From the NCBI GenBank assembly GCA_951406725.2, contig OX597827.1, positions 40,486,001 through 40,550,000 on the forward strand: a stretch of DNA of 64,000 nt. Direction: 5' to 3'. This DNA is from Octopus vulgaris (taxonomy: Eukaryota). How positions within the stretch are numbered: position 1 is the first letter of the stretch; each line of letters begins with the position of its first letter. Shown here piece by piece: positions 38,691 to 51,760 of the stretch. A program made the position numbers and the translations under genes. Under the pieces are notes generated by a model, which did no database searches, was not told the DNA's origin, and saw only the letters and a program-made list of their open reading frames with translations.

Positions 38691-38855
38691 TGGATTAAAT
38701 GGTTTTATTTAACCTTGGGCCTCAAAGCATTTTCTTTCTTACTGCCCTAGATGAAAATCTGGGATAACATTCTTTTCCACAGCACTGCAAGGAATGTTTA
38801 ATCTACAATGGCTGTAAGTTGGCGAGAGTAGTTGCCATATTAATGATACACTTAA

Positions 38856-39868
38856 CCCTCTCAAACCTGTGCGCCTATGTCTAACTTTATCCACTGCCTG
38901 GGTTCCTGAGCAAAAACAATAAATAGTTACATATACAGCTCAAGAGTAATGGCTGCAAATTAAAGGACAAAATTACAAAAAAATTCAGGACAATAACAAT
39001 AATAAGGTCTTTCTCTCAACTTAGTGTATTTATTCATTGTAGGCAAAGTAATGGAAAGAATCACAAAAGAAAAATTCAGGAGAATATAAATAATAGGCCT
39101 ATCTCTCAATTACTGTATTTGTTCATCCAAATCACTATTTTCCTCATCGTTTTCACCTTTTTAATTGTCCAAATCATTCTCATTGCTCAAGTAAGGGTAA
39201 AGTCTTCATCCAAAGAATAAATATTATTAATTATTTCCCCAGCTGCAAAGAGTCTAGGCCTTGCTCATTTACAAGACAAAGTGCTGGGTACATCATACAC
39301 TCGTTTCATTGCAAGATCATTCTAAAAAATTAGAAACAAAAGTAAACAACAGCCAAGGAAGACACCATTAAAAATAAGTCATAAACACACTTGACTACAA
39401 AACTGCAACATGATCAGTTGTCTATTCTTTATATCTTATCTTCTTTTTCTATGTGTTGTTGAATACTGCTTTACTAGGAATCTGGTAGAGATTACATTTA
39501 TGCTATTCCCGGAATGTGGAGGCGCAATGGCCCAGTGATTAGGGCAGCGGACTTGCGGTCGGAGGATCGCGGTTTTGATTCCCAGACCGGGTGTTGTGTG
39601 TGTTTATTGAGCAAAACACCTAAAAGCTCCATGAGGCTCCGGCAGGGCGGTGGGGTGGTGACCCCTGTTGTACTCTTTCGCCACAACTTTCTCTCACTCT
39701 GTCTTCCTGTTTCTTGAGTAACGCTGTGATGGACTGGCGTCCCGTCCAGCTGGGGGGAACACATACGCCACAGAAACCGGGAAACCGGGCCCATGAGCCT
39801 GGTTAGGCTTGAAAAGGGTGACGTTTATCATTTTATTCCTGGTATACTAGGAACATGGTGTGATAGGG
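38856..39868. mobile_element. piggyBac-type element remnant with a nested SINE
   Basis: TTAA-CCCTCTCAAACC ... GGTGTGATAGGG-TTAA; acidic peptide remnant (ENDEENSDLDEQ) on the minus strand. Confidence 0.55.
39516..39829 (+). mobile_element. SINE family C with V-like tail
   Basis: GGAGGCGCAATGGCCCAGTG tRNA-like head, GATGGACTGGCGTCCCGTCCAG domain. Confidence 0.85.
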
Positions 39869-40222
39869 TTAAGAACCAGGAGACTTAGTAGTCTGTGTTT
39901 CTAGTTTAATTAGACATACTGAAGCTGTGCAGATTATGCTGTCATTTGATTCTATGCAGTCAACCTCTGCTAGCTGTATAGTTCCAAATGACTGCAAATA
40001 TAAATTTTTCTTCTAAGTATCTGAAAGAACTCATTACATTTTCAATTATGATTGTAACTGAACAAGTAAGGAGCACTTAATCCTTTAGCATTTAAACTCA
40101 CCTCTCAGACCCATATATTCTACCTGTTTTATGTTCAAACTGGCTGGGGTCAGCATCCCACACCTACCATATGATATCATTCCAAAAATATACAATCAAC
40201 ATAACTGAAATTATGTACGTAC

Positions 40223-40393
40223 GTACATACATACATACATACATACATAATACATACATAATACATACATACATACATACATACATACATACATACATAC
40301 ATACATACATACATACATACATACATACATACATACATACATACATACATACATACATACATACATACATACATACATACATACATACATACA

Positions 40394-40422
<29 letters not shown>
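40223..40422. repeat. (TACA)n microsatellite
   Basis: Directly visible. Confidence 0.98.
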
Positions 40423-40425
<3 letters not shown>

Positions 40426-40778
40426 AGTTCAGCAAAATTTAGATTCAAATGAATATGGTACCAGAATTCTGTATGGTGTTATCCATATAAATCCATGGGG
40501 TGATTATAATCAAAATAAGCAACAAGAATAACTTGATATGAAAATTATGTATTAATGGAAATTAATAGCTGATGAGTGCTCAGCATTTTAAAACTGTTGT
40601 AATACTTACAACATTTTCCGCCAAGGTCGACTTTGCCTTTCATCCTTTCGGGGTCGATAAATAAAGTACCAGTTTCCAACTGGGGTCGATGTAATCGACT
40701 TAATCCATTTGTCTGTCCTTGTTTGTCCCTTCTATGTTTAGCCCCTTGTGGGCAGTAAAGAAATACATTTAATAAAAG

Positions 40779-40809
<31 letters not shown>

Positions 40810-41344
40810 CAGGCTTCTTTCAGTTTCTATCTACTAAATCCACTCACAAGGCTTTGGTCGGCCTGAGGCTATAGTAGAAGACACTTGCCCAAGGTGTTAC
40901 ACAGTGGGACTCTACCTGGAACGATGTGGTTGGTTAGCATGCTTTTTACCACACAGCCATGCTGTGCCTATGTCAAGCTTTAATTAGCATATTTGAAAAT
41001 ATTCAGGATCACTTGGAGTTGCACGTTGTTTTGCATGCGTGACAGGTGGAAAAATTGTGAGAACAATGTGAGTGAATGTGAGAATATTCATAAGTAAGAA
41101 TCCATAGTTTTTGTAGTAATTGTTATATTAATAAGGTTATTCTACTGAAATGGGATGGGGGAGAATACTATAGCAAATTAGTACTAAATGGAGTTGCAAT
41201 ATACAAGGAACCATGTGTCTGTACATACACACATACATATATGTATATATATGTATGTGTGTATATATGTTTGTGTGTCTGTGTTTGCTTCGCCAACATC
41301 GCTTGACAACCGATGTTAGTGTGTATGTGTCCCCATAACTTAGC

Positions 41345-41449
<105 letters not shown>

Positions 41450-41711
41450 ATGTGTATGTGTGTGTGTAACATACCTGCGCACGTATACACATACACACAC
41501 GTATGCACACATGCACTGTGTGTGTGTGAGTATGTATGTATGTATATATACATACATACTCACACACGCGCATATATATATATATATATATATATGGACT
41601 TGTGGAGTGAACGAGGGGCAGAGACATAAGCAAACGAGAAGGAGAGAGAAACAGAACCAGAACGGATCAGAGACGAAATATAAGAAAGAAAGAGAGAAAG
41701 AGAGGGAAGGC

Positions 41712-41715
<4 letters not shown>

Positions 41716-41807
<92 letters not shown>

Positions 41808-41855
41808 TAGAGAGGGAGAGAGAGAGAGAGAGGGAGGGAGAGAGAGAGAGAGAGG

Positions 41856-41913
<58 letters not shown>
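41716..41913. repeat. (GA)n microsatellite
   Basis: Directly visible. Confidence 0.98.
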
Positions 41914-41918
<5 letters not shown>

Positions 41919-43014
41919 ATTCTGGGAATTGGTAATCGAATCGAAAAACGATGTATTCCTTGAAATGGAAAGCACTTTGTGCACTGAACAGGATATGGTG
42001 ATGATTGATTGCGAAACGTTTCTAGGGAAAAGATAGAAATACTCTGCTATATTTAATTATTTCCATTTACTTTCTGAGTTCTTATTCTCCTGAAGTTGAC
42101 TTTTGCCATTCATCCAAACGAAAAACAAGATTGCTGAAATCAAGTACTTGTTACGTATTGGCGAGAAAACAATCAGCTGTATATCCTATATCCGTGTTTG
42201 CATATATGTTCTGCGTATGTATGTATGTATGTATGTATGTATGCATGTATGCATGCATGTATGTATACGTGTATGTATGTATGTATGTAAGTATATATTC
42301 TTTTATTTGTTTCAGTCATTTGACTGCGGTCATGCTGGAGCATCGCCTTGAATATATATATATATATATATGTAGAGAGACAGGGAGAGTGAAATAGATA
42401 ACTAGATAGATATAGCTGGATATAGGTAGCTAGTTGGACACAGATGGATATAGATGGATATATATATATATATATACACACATTTATATATATATACATA
42501 CATATATAGACATATACATATATAAGTATATATAAGTATGCATATATACATATGTGAAAGCACGAGGCTTAGTGGTTAGGCGTTGAATTGAAGATTCTGG
42601 TTTCCATTCCTGGATTAGGCAACGCGTTGTGTTCTTGAGTAAAACACTTCGTTTCACGTTGTTTCTGTCCAGTCAAGTGAGTTCATAGCTTGCAGGACGG
42701 CCTGCTGTGCTTATCTTGGATCATTGGGTGACCTGCTGTGCTTGAGGAGACCTACTGAGTCAAGTATATCAACATCAAAATAAAAATCAAATGGAAATTG
42801 TAGTTGTGATACTTTTGCGGGTGGCATGTAAAAAGCAGCCACTACACTCACAGAGTGGTTGGCGTTAGGAAATGCATCCAGCTGTACAAACACTGCCAGA
42901 TCAGACTTGGGCCTGGTGCAGCCTCCTGGCTTCTCAGACCCTTGTTGAACCGTCCAACCCATGCTAGCATAGAAAGCGGACGTTAAACGATGATGATGAT
43001 CATGATGATGATGA

Positions 43015-43050
<36 letters not shown>

Positions 43051-43437
43051 GTAGTAAAGTTCCTTCCTGAGTCCTATACACTCATAGGGTCGATTTCCTG
43101 GTTTTCATAGCATATGTATTCCTCAGCTGGATGGGACGCCCATCGGCAGACGAAATACGGCTACGCATTTCACCCGGCTTGCTAACGATTCTGCCAGTTC
43201 GCCACCTACACACTAACCACTAAGTAAGCCACCCTGCATTCATAAATAAGTGCCAACACACGAAACTCTCAGACCTTGAGTCACTCTGTTACTTCTGCTG
43301 ACCACTGAGCTCTACAAGTTTTATCCATTCTCCCTCTGTTTATTTTCTCTTATTCCTTTCTGTTGAAGACTTTTTCATATCTCCTGAGCGTCAAGCTAAT
43401 ACACTTGTTTGTTGTTCATACAACTATACATACATAC

Positions 43438-43504
<67 letters not shown>

Positions 43505-43660
43505 AATACACATATACGTATATATATACACATATATATATACATATACATATATATATACATATACATACATACATACATACATACATACATGCATGCA
43601 TGCATACATACATACATGCATGCATGCATACATACATACATACATACATACATACATACA

Positions 43661-43696
<36 letters not shown>

Positions 43697-44409
43697 TGTA
43701 TATATGTATATATTTATATATTTATATCTATATACACACACATGCACACTCATAAATATATAAACACACACTCAATCACACACACTCATGCATTCATACT
43801 CATACATGCACACAGACCCCTCCCAAATCTCTCTCTCTTTCTCACACACACATTAATGTTTGTTTTTATGTTCAGTTCTAATAAATACCATTTTACATTA
43901 GTCTGTTGGGTTACTCTATACTTTAGTAGAGTACAAATTTATTCTCATTTAAGAATTATACATACATACATACATACATACATACATACATACATACATA
44001 CATACATACATACATACATACATACATACATACAGAAAACTATATATACATATGTATATCTTCAAACAGACACATGCCTATGCATATAAACCCACACTCA
44101 CCACCTATGAACGTACATACATTAAAAATAGTAAGGCATGTTTACACTGAGTGTTATCACTTTAAGTATTTAATACTTTGTGTATTTTATTCTAAGTGAT
44201 TTTGCTATGTTTTCTCTTAAATAAGCAACTTCAAGATCTCTCTCTTTCACTCATTCTATCTCTTTCAATCTTTCTTTCTGTACACACACAAATGTACATA
44301 TTTATATGTTGAATCAACCACTTTCTAATATCCTCATTGTCAAAAATCCCTCCACATTTAGTCGTGGTGTGTGGGCTTTTGCATGTTCATTACGTATGTT
44401 ATTCAACAC

Positions 44410-44469
<60 letters not shown>

Positions 44470-44473
44470 CTAA

Positions 44474-44843
44474 GCATAGGAGTGGCTGTGTGGTTCGAGG
44501 TTCAGTCCCACTGCGTGGCACCTTGTTCAAGTGTCTTCTACTATAGCCTTGAGCCGACCAAAGCCTTGTGAGTGGATTTGGTAGATGGAAACTGAAAGAA
44601 GCCCGTCATCTATATATATATATGTGTACATGTTTGTGTGTCTGTGTTTGTCTCCCCCCATCATCGCTTGACAACTGATGTTGTTGTGTTAACATCCCCA
44701 TGACCTAGCGGTTTGGCCAAAGAGACCGATAGAATAAGTACTAGGTGTGTGTGATTACAAAGAATAAGTCCTGGGGTCGATTTCTTCGACTAAAGGTAGT
44801 GCTCCAGCAAGGCTGCAATCAAATGACTGAAACAAATAAAAGA
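44474..44843 (+). mobile_element. SINE family A
   Basis: Family layout with a small deletion in the head. Confidence 0.85.
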
Positions 44844-44920
44844 TTATGCAATGAGAACGGCTGGAGGTGAAACACTTGACAAAAAGCAATTAGGTGGCAT
44901 GTCCAAGGTATATAAAAATA

Positions 44921-45146
44921 GGCGGTGAGCTGGCAGAATCGTTAGCACGCCGGGCAAAATGCTTAGCCGTATTTCGTCTGCCGTTACGTTCTGAGTTCAA
45001 ATTCCGCTGAGGTCAACTTTGCCTTTCATCTTTTCGGGGTCGATTAAATAAGTACCAGTTACGCACTGGGGTCGATGTAATCGATTTAATCCGTTTGTCC
45101 TTGTTTGTCCTCTCTGTGTTTAGCCCCTTGTGGGTAGTAAAGAAAT
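44921..45146 (+). mobile_element. SINE family B, full length
   Basis: 15-bp TSD AGGTATATAAAAATA (44906-44920, 45147-45161). Confidence 0.92.
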
Positions 45147-45971
45147 AGGTATATAAAAATACACAAATTCTCAACTAAAGGTGGTGTTTCAGTATGGCCA
45201 GTCAAATGACTGAAACAAGTAAAAGAGTAAAAGAGTAGAGTAAGACATACAAATACAGAAAACCACCAAGGTTAAAATATACATATATGCAAAAAGAACA
45301 CGTATAGGAATGTCCTATCAAAAGATGACTAAAAATTTATAAAATACTTTAAAATACTAAAAACATGTCATGCTGAATGTTGGTACTTGTATAAACAAAA
45401 AGTTTAATTAAGACAAATTAAGAAAAACAACAACAATAACAAACCAGAAGAAGGTGGGTGGGAGTGGAATTCCAAACTAAGTCAAATAATCTTTAGTATT
45501 GATATGCTTGTTGTAAATATCCTTAAACTTAGATTGCTTAGTCATAGAGTTTGGTAATGGGAAAAATATCTTGCTTTAACAAGTACTTCTATCTTCATTT
45601 ATCACTAATCTGTGTAACATAGTACACTCACTAGTGAACCATGTTATGCTTGTCGTGAATTGATCTGTGGTAACATGGGTTCTGTGATAAGATGCTCAAA
45701 TCAGAAAAGTGACCATCCACAATGCTGAGAATAATTTGCGGTTTTGGAACAAAACCTATTTTCCCCACCCCTGTGTTCTATTATGATTCATTTAAAATGG
45801 TATTTTTTTAAAACCAAACAACCATGGCTTTGTGATAAGAAGCTTGTTTCCTAACCACATGGTCCTGGGTTCAGTCTTGACTGTGTGACATTTTGGGCAA
45901 GTGTCTTCTAGTAAAGCATGGGACTGACCAAAGCATTGTAAGTGGATTTGGTAGACAGAAACTGGAAGAAG

Positions 45972-46201
45972 GTGGCGATTTGGCAGAAACGTTAGCATGC
46001 CAGGCGAAATGTTTAGCAGTATATCGTCTGCCATTACGTTCTGAGTTCAAATTTCGCTGAGGTCTACTTTGCCTTTCATCCTTTCGGGGTCAACAAATTA
46101 AGTACCAGCTACGTACTGGGGTCGATGTAATCGACTTAATCCTTTTGTCTGTACTTGTTTGTCCCCTCTATGTTTAGCCCCTTGTTAGCGATAAAGAAAT
46201 A
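45972..46201 (+). mobile_element. SINE family B nested in an old family A copy (45824-46290)
   Basis: 15-bp TSD AGAAACTGGAAGAAG (45957-45971, 46202-46216). Confidence 0.92.
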
Positions 46202-46607
46202 AGAAACTGGAAGAAGCCCATTGTATATTTGTGTGTGTGTGAGTGTCTGTGTGTGTGTGCACGTGTGTGAGTGTATCTTTGTATCTGTTTGTCTCATCGA
46301 AACGTTTAGCAGTCCAAGGAGAATAACTCTTCTAGACTTGATTTAATTTTAAATTTAAATGCAAGGTTAACAATTTCCGTTGAAAAAGGCTTAATCGATT
46401 ACATCGACTCCAGTTCTAATGTATAATTTATAAATCATACATTAGAACTAATCTATAATTTATAAATTATACATTATAAATATGAATTAGTATATCAACC
46501 CATGCTAGCATGGAGAACGGACGTTAAACGATGATGATGATGATGATGATGATATATCATGTAAAATCAAGTATATGCCAAATACAGAATGTGAGTATAT
46601 ATATATA

Positions 46608-47002
46608 CTAGCAGTATCGCCCGGCGTTGCTCGGGTTTGTAAGGGAAATAATTATATAAGCATTTTTAGAGATGTAAAGTATAATAGCCATCTCAATATG
46701 GCTAACCACAAAGGGGGAGGGGTGTTACTGTAGTTTTTTACGTTCTGAGATTTAATAATAAATTTTAGAGAGTTACTTCCCTTATATATGTCAAAAATGG
46801 ATTAAAAATGGGAAAAATTGATGGTAAAATTTTTTTTAAATCGTAGACTCATCGTAGACGCGCGCTAATACCCAGACGGTCTCGATATGAATCACGACTA
46901 TAAGATACCCGGTTTCGGTTAAACTGCACCGCAAAATGTGGGAGTAGTTAGGAATCTAAATCGTAGGAGACAGACACACAACCTCACTTTTATATATAAA
47001 GA
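46608..47002 (-). mobile_element. Non-autonomous Helitron
   Basis: Minus strand starts TCTTTATATATAAAAG and ends with hairpin CCCGAGCAACGCCGGG plus CTAG; inserted between A and T, no TSD. Confidence 0.85.
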
Positions 47003-47351
47003 TTTCCTCTATTTACATAATATTGAGGTCTCTTTCTTTCTTTTGTTATCTTACTGTTTTTACCAATATACATATATATATATATATATATATAAATATA
47101 TATATAATATATATATAGTTACAGAGATGTACTTGCATAGCAAGTGACTTGATCTGAGATCGTGTGCTGGAACGAAAACAGTTGCAGCGTTGAAGGTGTT
47201 TATAAGCCATTTAAGAAACACACAAAAATCGTTAGATTCACTTCAACATTTAAATTTAATTTTTCAAAATATTTTCGGCGCTTTGAGACCGCGACCTGTT
47301 AGCACGATATTGTTGTCAGTGAACAGGTTGCGGTCTCAAAGCGAGGAAACA

Positions 47352-47614
47352 GACCTGGTAGAAACAGCAGCCAAATCTCCCTCAAATCACACCTTACTGT
47401 CTTATGTATGTATATATATATGAGCCAATGAGGGGGACCTCTACATGGTAGCTCGACCTGGTAGAAATAGCAGCAAAATTTCCCCCAAATCACACCTTAC
47501 TGTCTTATCTATGTATATATGTATGTATGAGCCTATGAGGGAGACCCCTACATGGCAGCTAGACATGGTAGAAATAGCAGCCAAATCTCCCTCAAATCAC
47601 ACCTTACTGTCTTA
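47352..47614 (+). repeat. Tandem triplication, ~105-bp unit
   Basis: GACCTGGTAGAAATAGCAGCCAAATCTCCCTCAAATCACACCTTACTGTCTTA-like motif at 47352, 47455 and 47562. Confidence 0.9.
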
Positions 47615-47844
47615 TCTTTCTGCTACTTGGATATAGGTCTTATATTCGTCGTAAAAAACTTTCCTGTCACACACTCACGCACACGCACACACACACACAC
47701 GCACCCTCACACACACACACACGCGCACACACACACACACACACTCACACACACGCACGTTAGCTTACAATTTTATTTATATATTTGCGTGTGTATGTGT
47801 GGAAAGAGGAAGTGGGAGGCAGAGTGAAAGAATCACTTACTACA

Positions 47845-48124
47845 GTAAGGGAATTACTTTCATTTTATTCGTTGCCCACTGTGTGTGTGCGTTTGCGTGT
47901 GGTGTAAACCAGACTAAGAAAAGCATTTGACACACACACCAGAATGTGAGTTTTCTGTAAATTTTGCTTAATTGGAGTTTAAAATTTAAAAACTGGACCT
48001 GGCATGACGCGATGCATTGTACTCTTAAAACTGCTAGGTAAATTGTAATTGAAGAAATCCTATATTGTAGATTTGTATAACTCCCAAAGGGAGGCAGATA
48101 AAATCTGCCTTTTATAATAAGAGA
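47845..48124 (-). mobile_element. Helitron-like 5' fragment
   Basis: A|TCTCTTATTATAAAAGGC 5' terminus similar to the 47002 end; no 3' CTAG seen. Confidence 0.5.
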
Positions 48125-48181
48125 TACTAACTCATATTTATAATGTAACCACTGGGCCATTGCACCTCCACACCTCCACAC

Positions 48182-48227
<46 letters not shown>

Positions 48228-48647
48228 AAGATATTATTGTTTATAATGTTATCAGTTGCTTAGCATGTGGAAGAAACCCCATAAAGGTATAACTTATCAA
48301 GTAATAATTAAGGGTACTAACAAGCAGTACTGGCATGCTGACATAGCAGTCATAATGACCAAACCACAAGATTTCACTTAAACACAAAGGTGTTGCTCCA
48401 GCACGGGCTCAGTCCAGTTACTGAAACATGTAAATGATAAAAGATGCTTTTCAAAAATTTCTGTTCGTTTTACAATTTCTTCTTTTACCTTTACTTTTAA
48501 CATTATAGTTTTCATATTCTGTTTTTAACTTTCCTTTCTATAATTTTAAAATTTCAGCTTCATCTTAAATTTTACTTTCAACTTTTGTTTTATTATCTAG
48601 TATTTAATTTTTCAATTATATATATATATATATATATCAGTCGTCAT

Positions 48648-48834
48648 GATAGATCGTTAGCCATTACACACATTTTTTTCTCTCCTTGTTTCTCTCCTTG
48701 TTTTCTGTGTCCCTTTCTGTAGGAGAGCGTAAGCTCGAAACGTAAAAGACTTTTTCTATTCCTGAGCGTTATACTAATATATCTGTTTATTTTGTACACC
48801 ACCTGTCTTCATCTTTGTTTTTTTCGTAAACTCT

Positions 48835-48838
<4 letters not shown>
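48648..48838 (+). mobile_element. Short repeat (probable Penelope-type 3' end) embedded in (TA)n; second copy 54520-54678, deleted relic ~43300-43420
   Basis: Near-identical copies containing GAGCGTARGCTCGAAACGTAAAAGAC and ending AAACTCTCCC-(TA)n. Confidence 0.75.
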
Positions 48839-48890
<52 letters not shown>

Positions 48891-49105
48891 TGAGAGCAAT
48901 AAGAAAATGGAGGGGATCAATAGGTGGTTCATCAACTTTTAGACATTATATTATGTCAACTTATTTATTTATTTACTAAAATGACAATAACAAGAATATT
49001 CATACATGTATAACGTATTATGATTTACATATAAGATATAAAATATATTAATATATAAAGATACTAGTAATTATTAAAATATAACATACAGGGATATATA
49101 TTGGG

Positions 49106-49237
49106 AAAATATCTTACAGCTGTTTCAACCAAGAGGCAAACCCACCTCATTCTACCTTTATTTCTCCAGTAGACTTAAGTAATAAGTAGATGAAATTGAG
49201 GTACTTGGGTGTTTCTCTAGGTTTCGTCAGAGATTTT
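49106..49237 (-). ncRNA. Type I hammerhead ribozyme, intact core, long stem II
   Basis: Minus strand AAAATCT-CTGACGA-AACC...(97-nt stem II)...GGTT-GAAA-C-AGCT-G-TA/AGATATTTT. All core positions are canonical; predicted cleavage between 49115 and 49114. Confidence 0.8.
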
Positions 49238-49392
49238 AGAAAATTAAGATATAAATAAATATAATTATAAAAATAAATAAATACACATACATTTACAAAT
49301 TTATACATATGCATACATATATAGATATACATAAATACATATATCTACACTTAAATGTACATACATATTTACATTTATAAGCATACACAAAC

Positions 49393-49458
<66 letters not shown>

Positions 49459-49609
49459 TATTAGATAAAATATAAACAGAGATATGAGAAAGTTATAAGA
49501 AGAGTAATTTTGTAATTTATTAAATCAATATATCTTAAAGTTATTTCAGTTATGTAAGAACGAAACTGCATACATATGAGGAACATATATACACACACAC
49601 GCACACACA

Positions 49610-49700
<91 letters not shown>

Positions 49701-50491
49701 ATACACACACGCATATATATATAAAAGATTTCAATTTTCAAATTTTTGTAAATTTGAAATTTTTAACAATTCAATTGTTAAATATTGATGTCTAAAATGT
49801 TTTTATGTCTAATATTTAAGTTTTGACTCTTAATTCTTACTTTTAAAAATATTTTAAAATCTTTATCGCGCTTTTGCAATTTATGTATTTCTAATTCTTA
49901 TTTTAAATTATTACTGTTATATTTCATTATTGTATTTTATTTATTTTTCTTCAAATCTTTCATTTTTACCTCACTTTAATCTTTTATATTTTATTTTATT
50001 TTATTTTATTTTATTTTATTTTAATTTTAACCATACACAAACTCATGAAAGTATTTTTGACTAAATCTTACAATGAGGTCAAGAAGAGTTGTTTCCCTTC
50101 GTCCGTCATAAAAATTCGATCGGTACATTTCTTCTGTATTAAATATGCACTAAAGTTTAGAGACTAAAACATTCCTTAAACTTGTAACCACTGATGAACA
50201 ACAGCGAGTATTGATGCGCTGTTTAGAAATCGATAATCCTGAATGTAGATGTTTCAAACTTATATCATTTAATATATTCATAAATGCATATGCGCGAGCG
50301 TGTATATGTTAGTGTGTTTGTATGTGTGTGCACTCGTGCATGAGCGTGTGTAGTAATATATTTGATATAGCGAAGGATGGTTGCTCTGAAAGTATTGCAG
50401 CCAATGTTAGGACTATTCAGAGAAAGTTCAGGTAGCTATTATCACTACTAGCAACAAAGGTCTTTTCCGTCAGAGTGAAAGGAAGATTCTA

Positions 50492-51384
50492 CGTGGTCTG
50501 ATCAATAAGTATCCGGACTGTTGCCATAATACCGAAGCTGAAGCACGTAGAGTCAAGCTGCTTGGCACAGATTGACCTTGAACTCTGTTATGCATGTGCA
50601 CTAAGTGTTAACGTTCTCGCTCACTTCCGCTGTTTACAGCAGTGCTTGGAAGGAAGGTGTGTAGCGTGTGATCGTCGCATTGACCATGACAGAGAAAATT
50701 GAGCAGAGAATCTGCATCAAATTTTGCCAAAAGCTTGGCGATACCTGCTCAGAGGCTTACGCAAGGTTTTCAAACAGTTTTCATCGTTCTCGACGCAATC
50801 AAGATCTTATGCAACAGAAACCCGAGTGTGTTTTTGGCCAGCTGAAAGTAGTTTTGGCGCAAACTTGGCAGACGCGCGTCTCATACCCAAATCTTTCAGT
50901 GATAATGGACTGAACTGAACCGTAACTAATCTGCACATCCCATGATAGCTCACAGATGGGGATTCGACGATTTCGCTTCACAGATGCATGCATATTTGCG
51001 ATGTTTTACTCAGTTCTGCTGGTCGCGGTTCTTTCAGAACGTTCGTCAATATGGACGCTTTTTCGGCCATCTTGGAAACATCTGAAACACTCGTACATTT
51101 GTGTGCGGCTCATACACTCCTCTCCACACACTTTCTGCAACTTTGCGTTGGCCTCTGAGTAGGTATCGCCATGACAACTTTCTCTGTCACTGTCAATGCG
51201 ACGATAACGCGTTACACACGTTCCTTCCAAGCACTGCTGTAAACTGTGAAAGTGAACTAAAACGTTAAAACTTAGTGCACATGCACAGCAGAGTTCTAGG
51301 TCAATGAGTGCCAAGCGGTTTTACTCTGCGGGCTTTAGCATCGTTGCTATGGCAACAGTCTGGATACTCATTGATCAGGCCTAG
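50492..51384. mobile_element. Palindromic mariner derivative built from two 5' ends
   Basis: TA-CGTGGTCTGATCAATAAGTATCCGGACTG ... CAGTCTGGATACTCATTGATCAGGCCTAG-TA. MTEKIEQRICIKFCQKLG on +, and a longer N-terminal transposase segment on -. Confidence 0.9.
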
Positions 51385-51394
51385 TATGATGCAT

Positions 51395-51760
51395 GAGTTA
51401 AAATTGCGATGCTGCATTCAGAGAACTTGAGAAGAATTGAAAGAAATGAAGCGAGCAAAGTTCTGTTGGAAGCACAGTGTAAATCTGCATAAACGACATA
51501 ATACAAACCCCAAAAAACTGGGTATAAGAGGAGTTTGATATAATGTACAAGAAAGGAGATTGCGCTGGTATGGACATGCGATGCGTATGGATAAGGAAAG
51601 CTGCATAAAAGAAGTTTAGTTCACAATATGGATGGTGCTTGCGGAAAAGTGAGATCCAAGAAGACATGAGACAATGTGGTGAAGGCTGATCTCAGGATTA
51701 TGAACCGAGTGGAAGAGATTATAGAGGCTCAGGATGACTGGTAATATGCGGTTCTCAAGA
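51395..51760 (+). mobile_element. RTE-like LINE 3' fragment
   Basis: VQERRLRWYGHAMRMDK motif. Confidence 0.7.

Noticed and set aside
39270-39345. Minus-strand host terminal exon NDLAMKRVYDVPSTLSCK*
   Set aside because: Lies inside TTAA/TIR-bounded piggyBac-type sequence; more likely transposon-internal.
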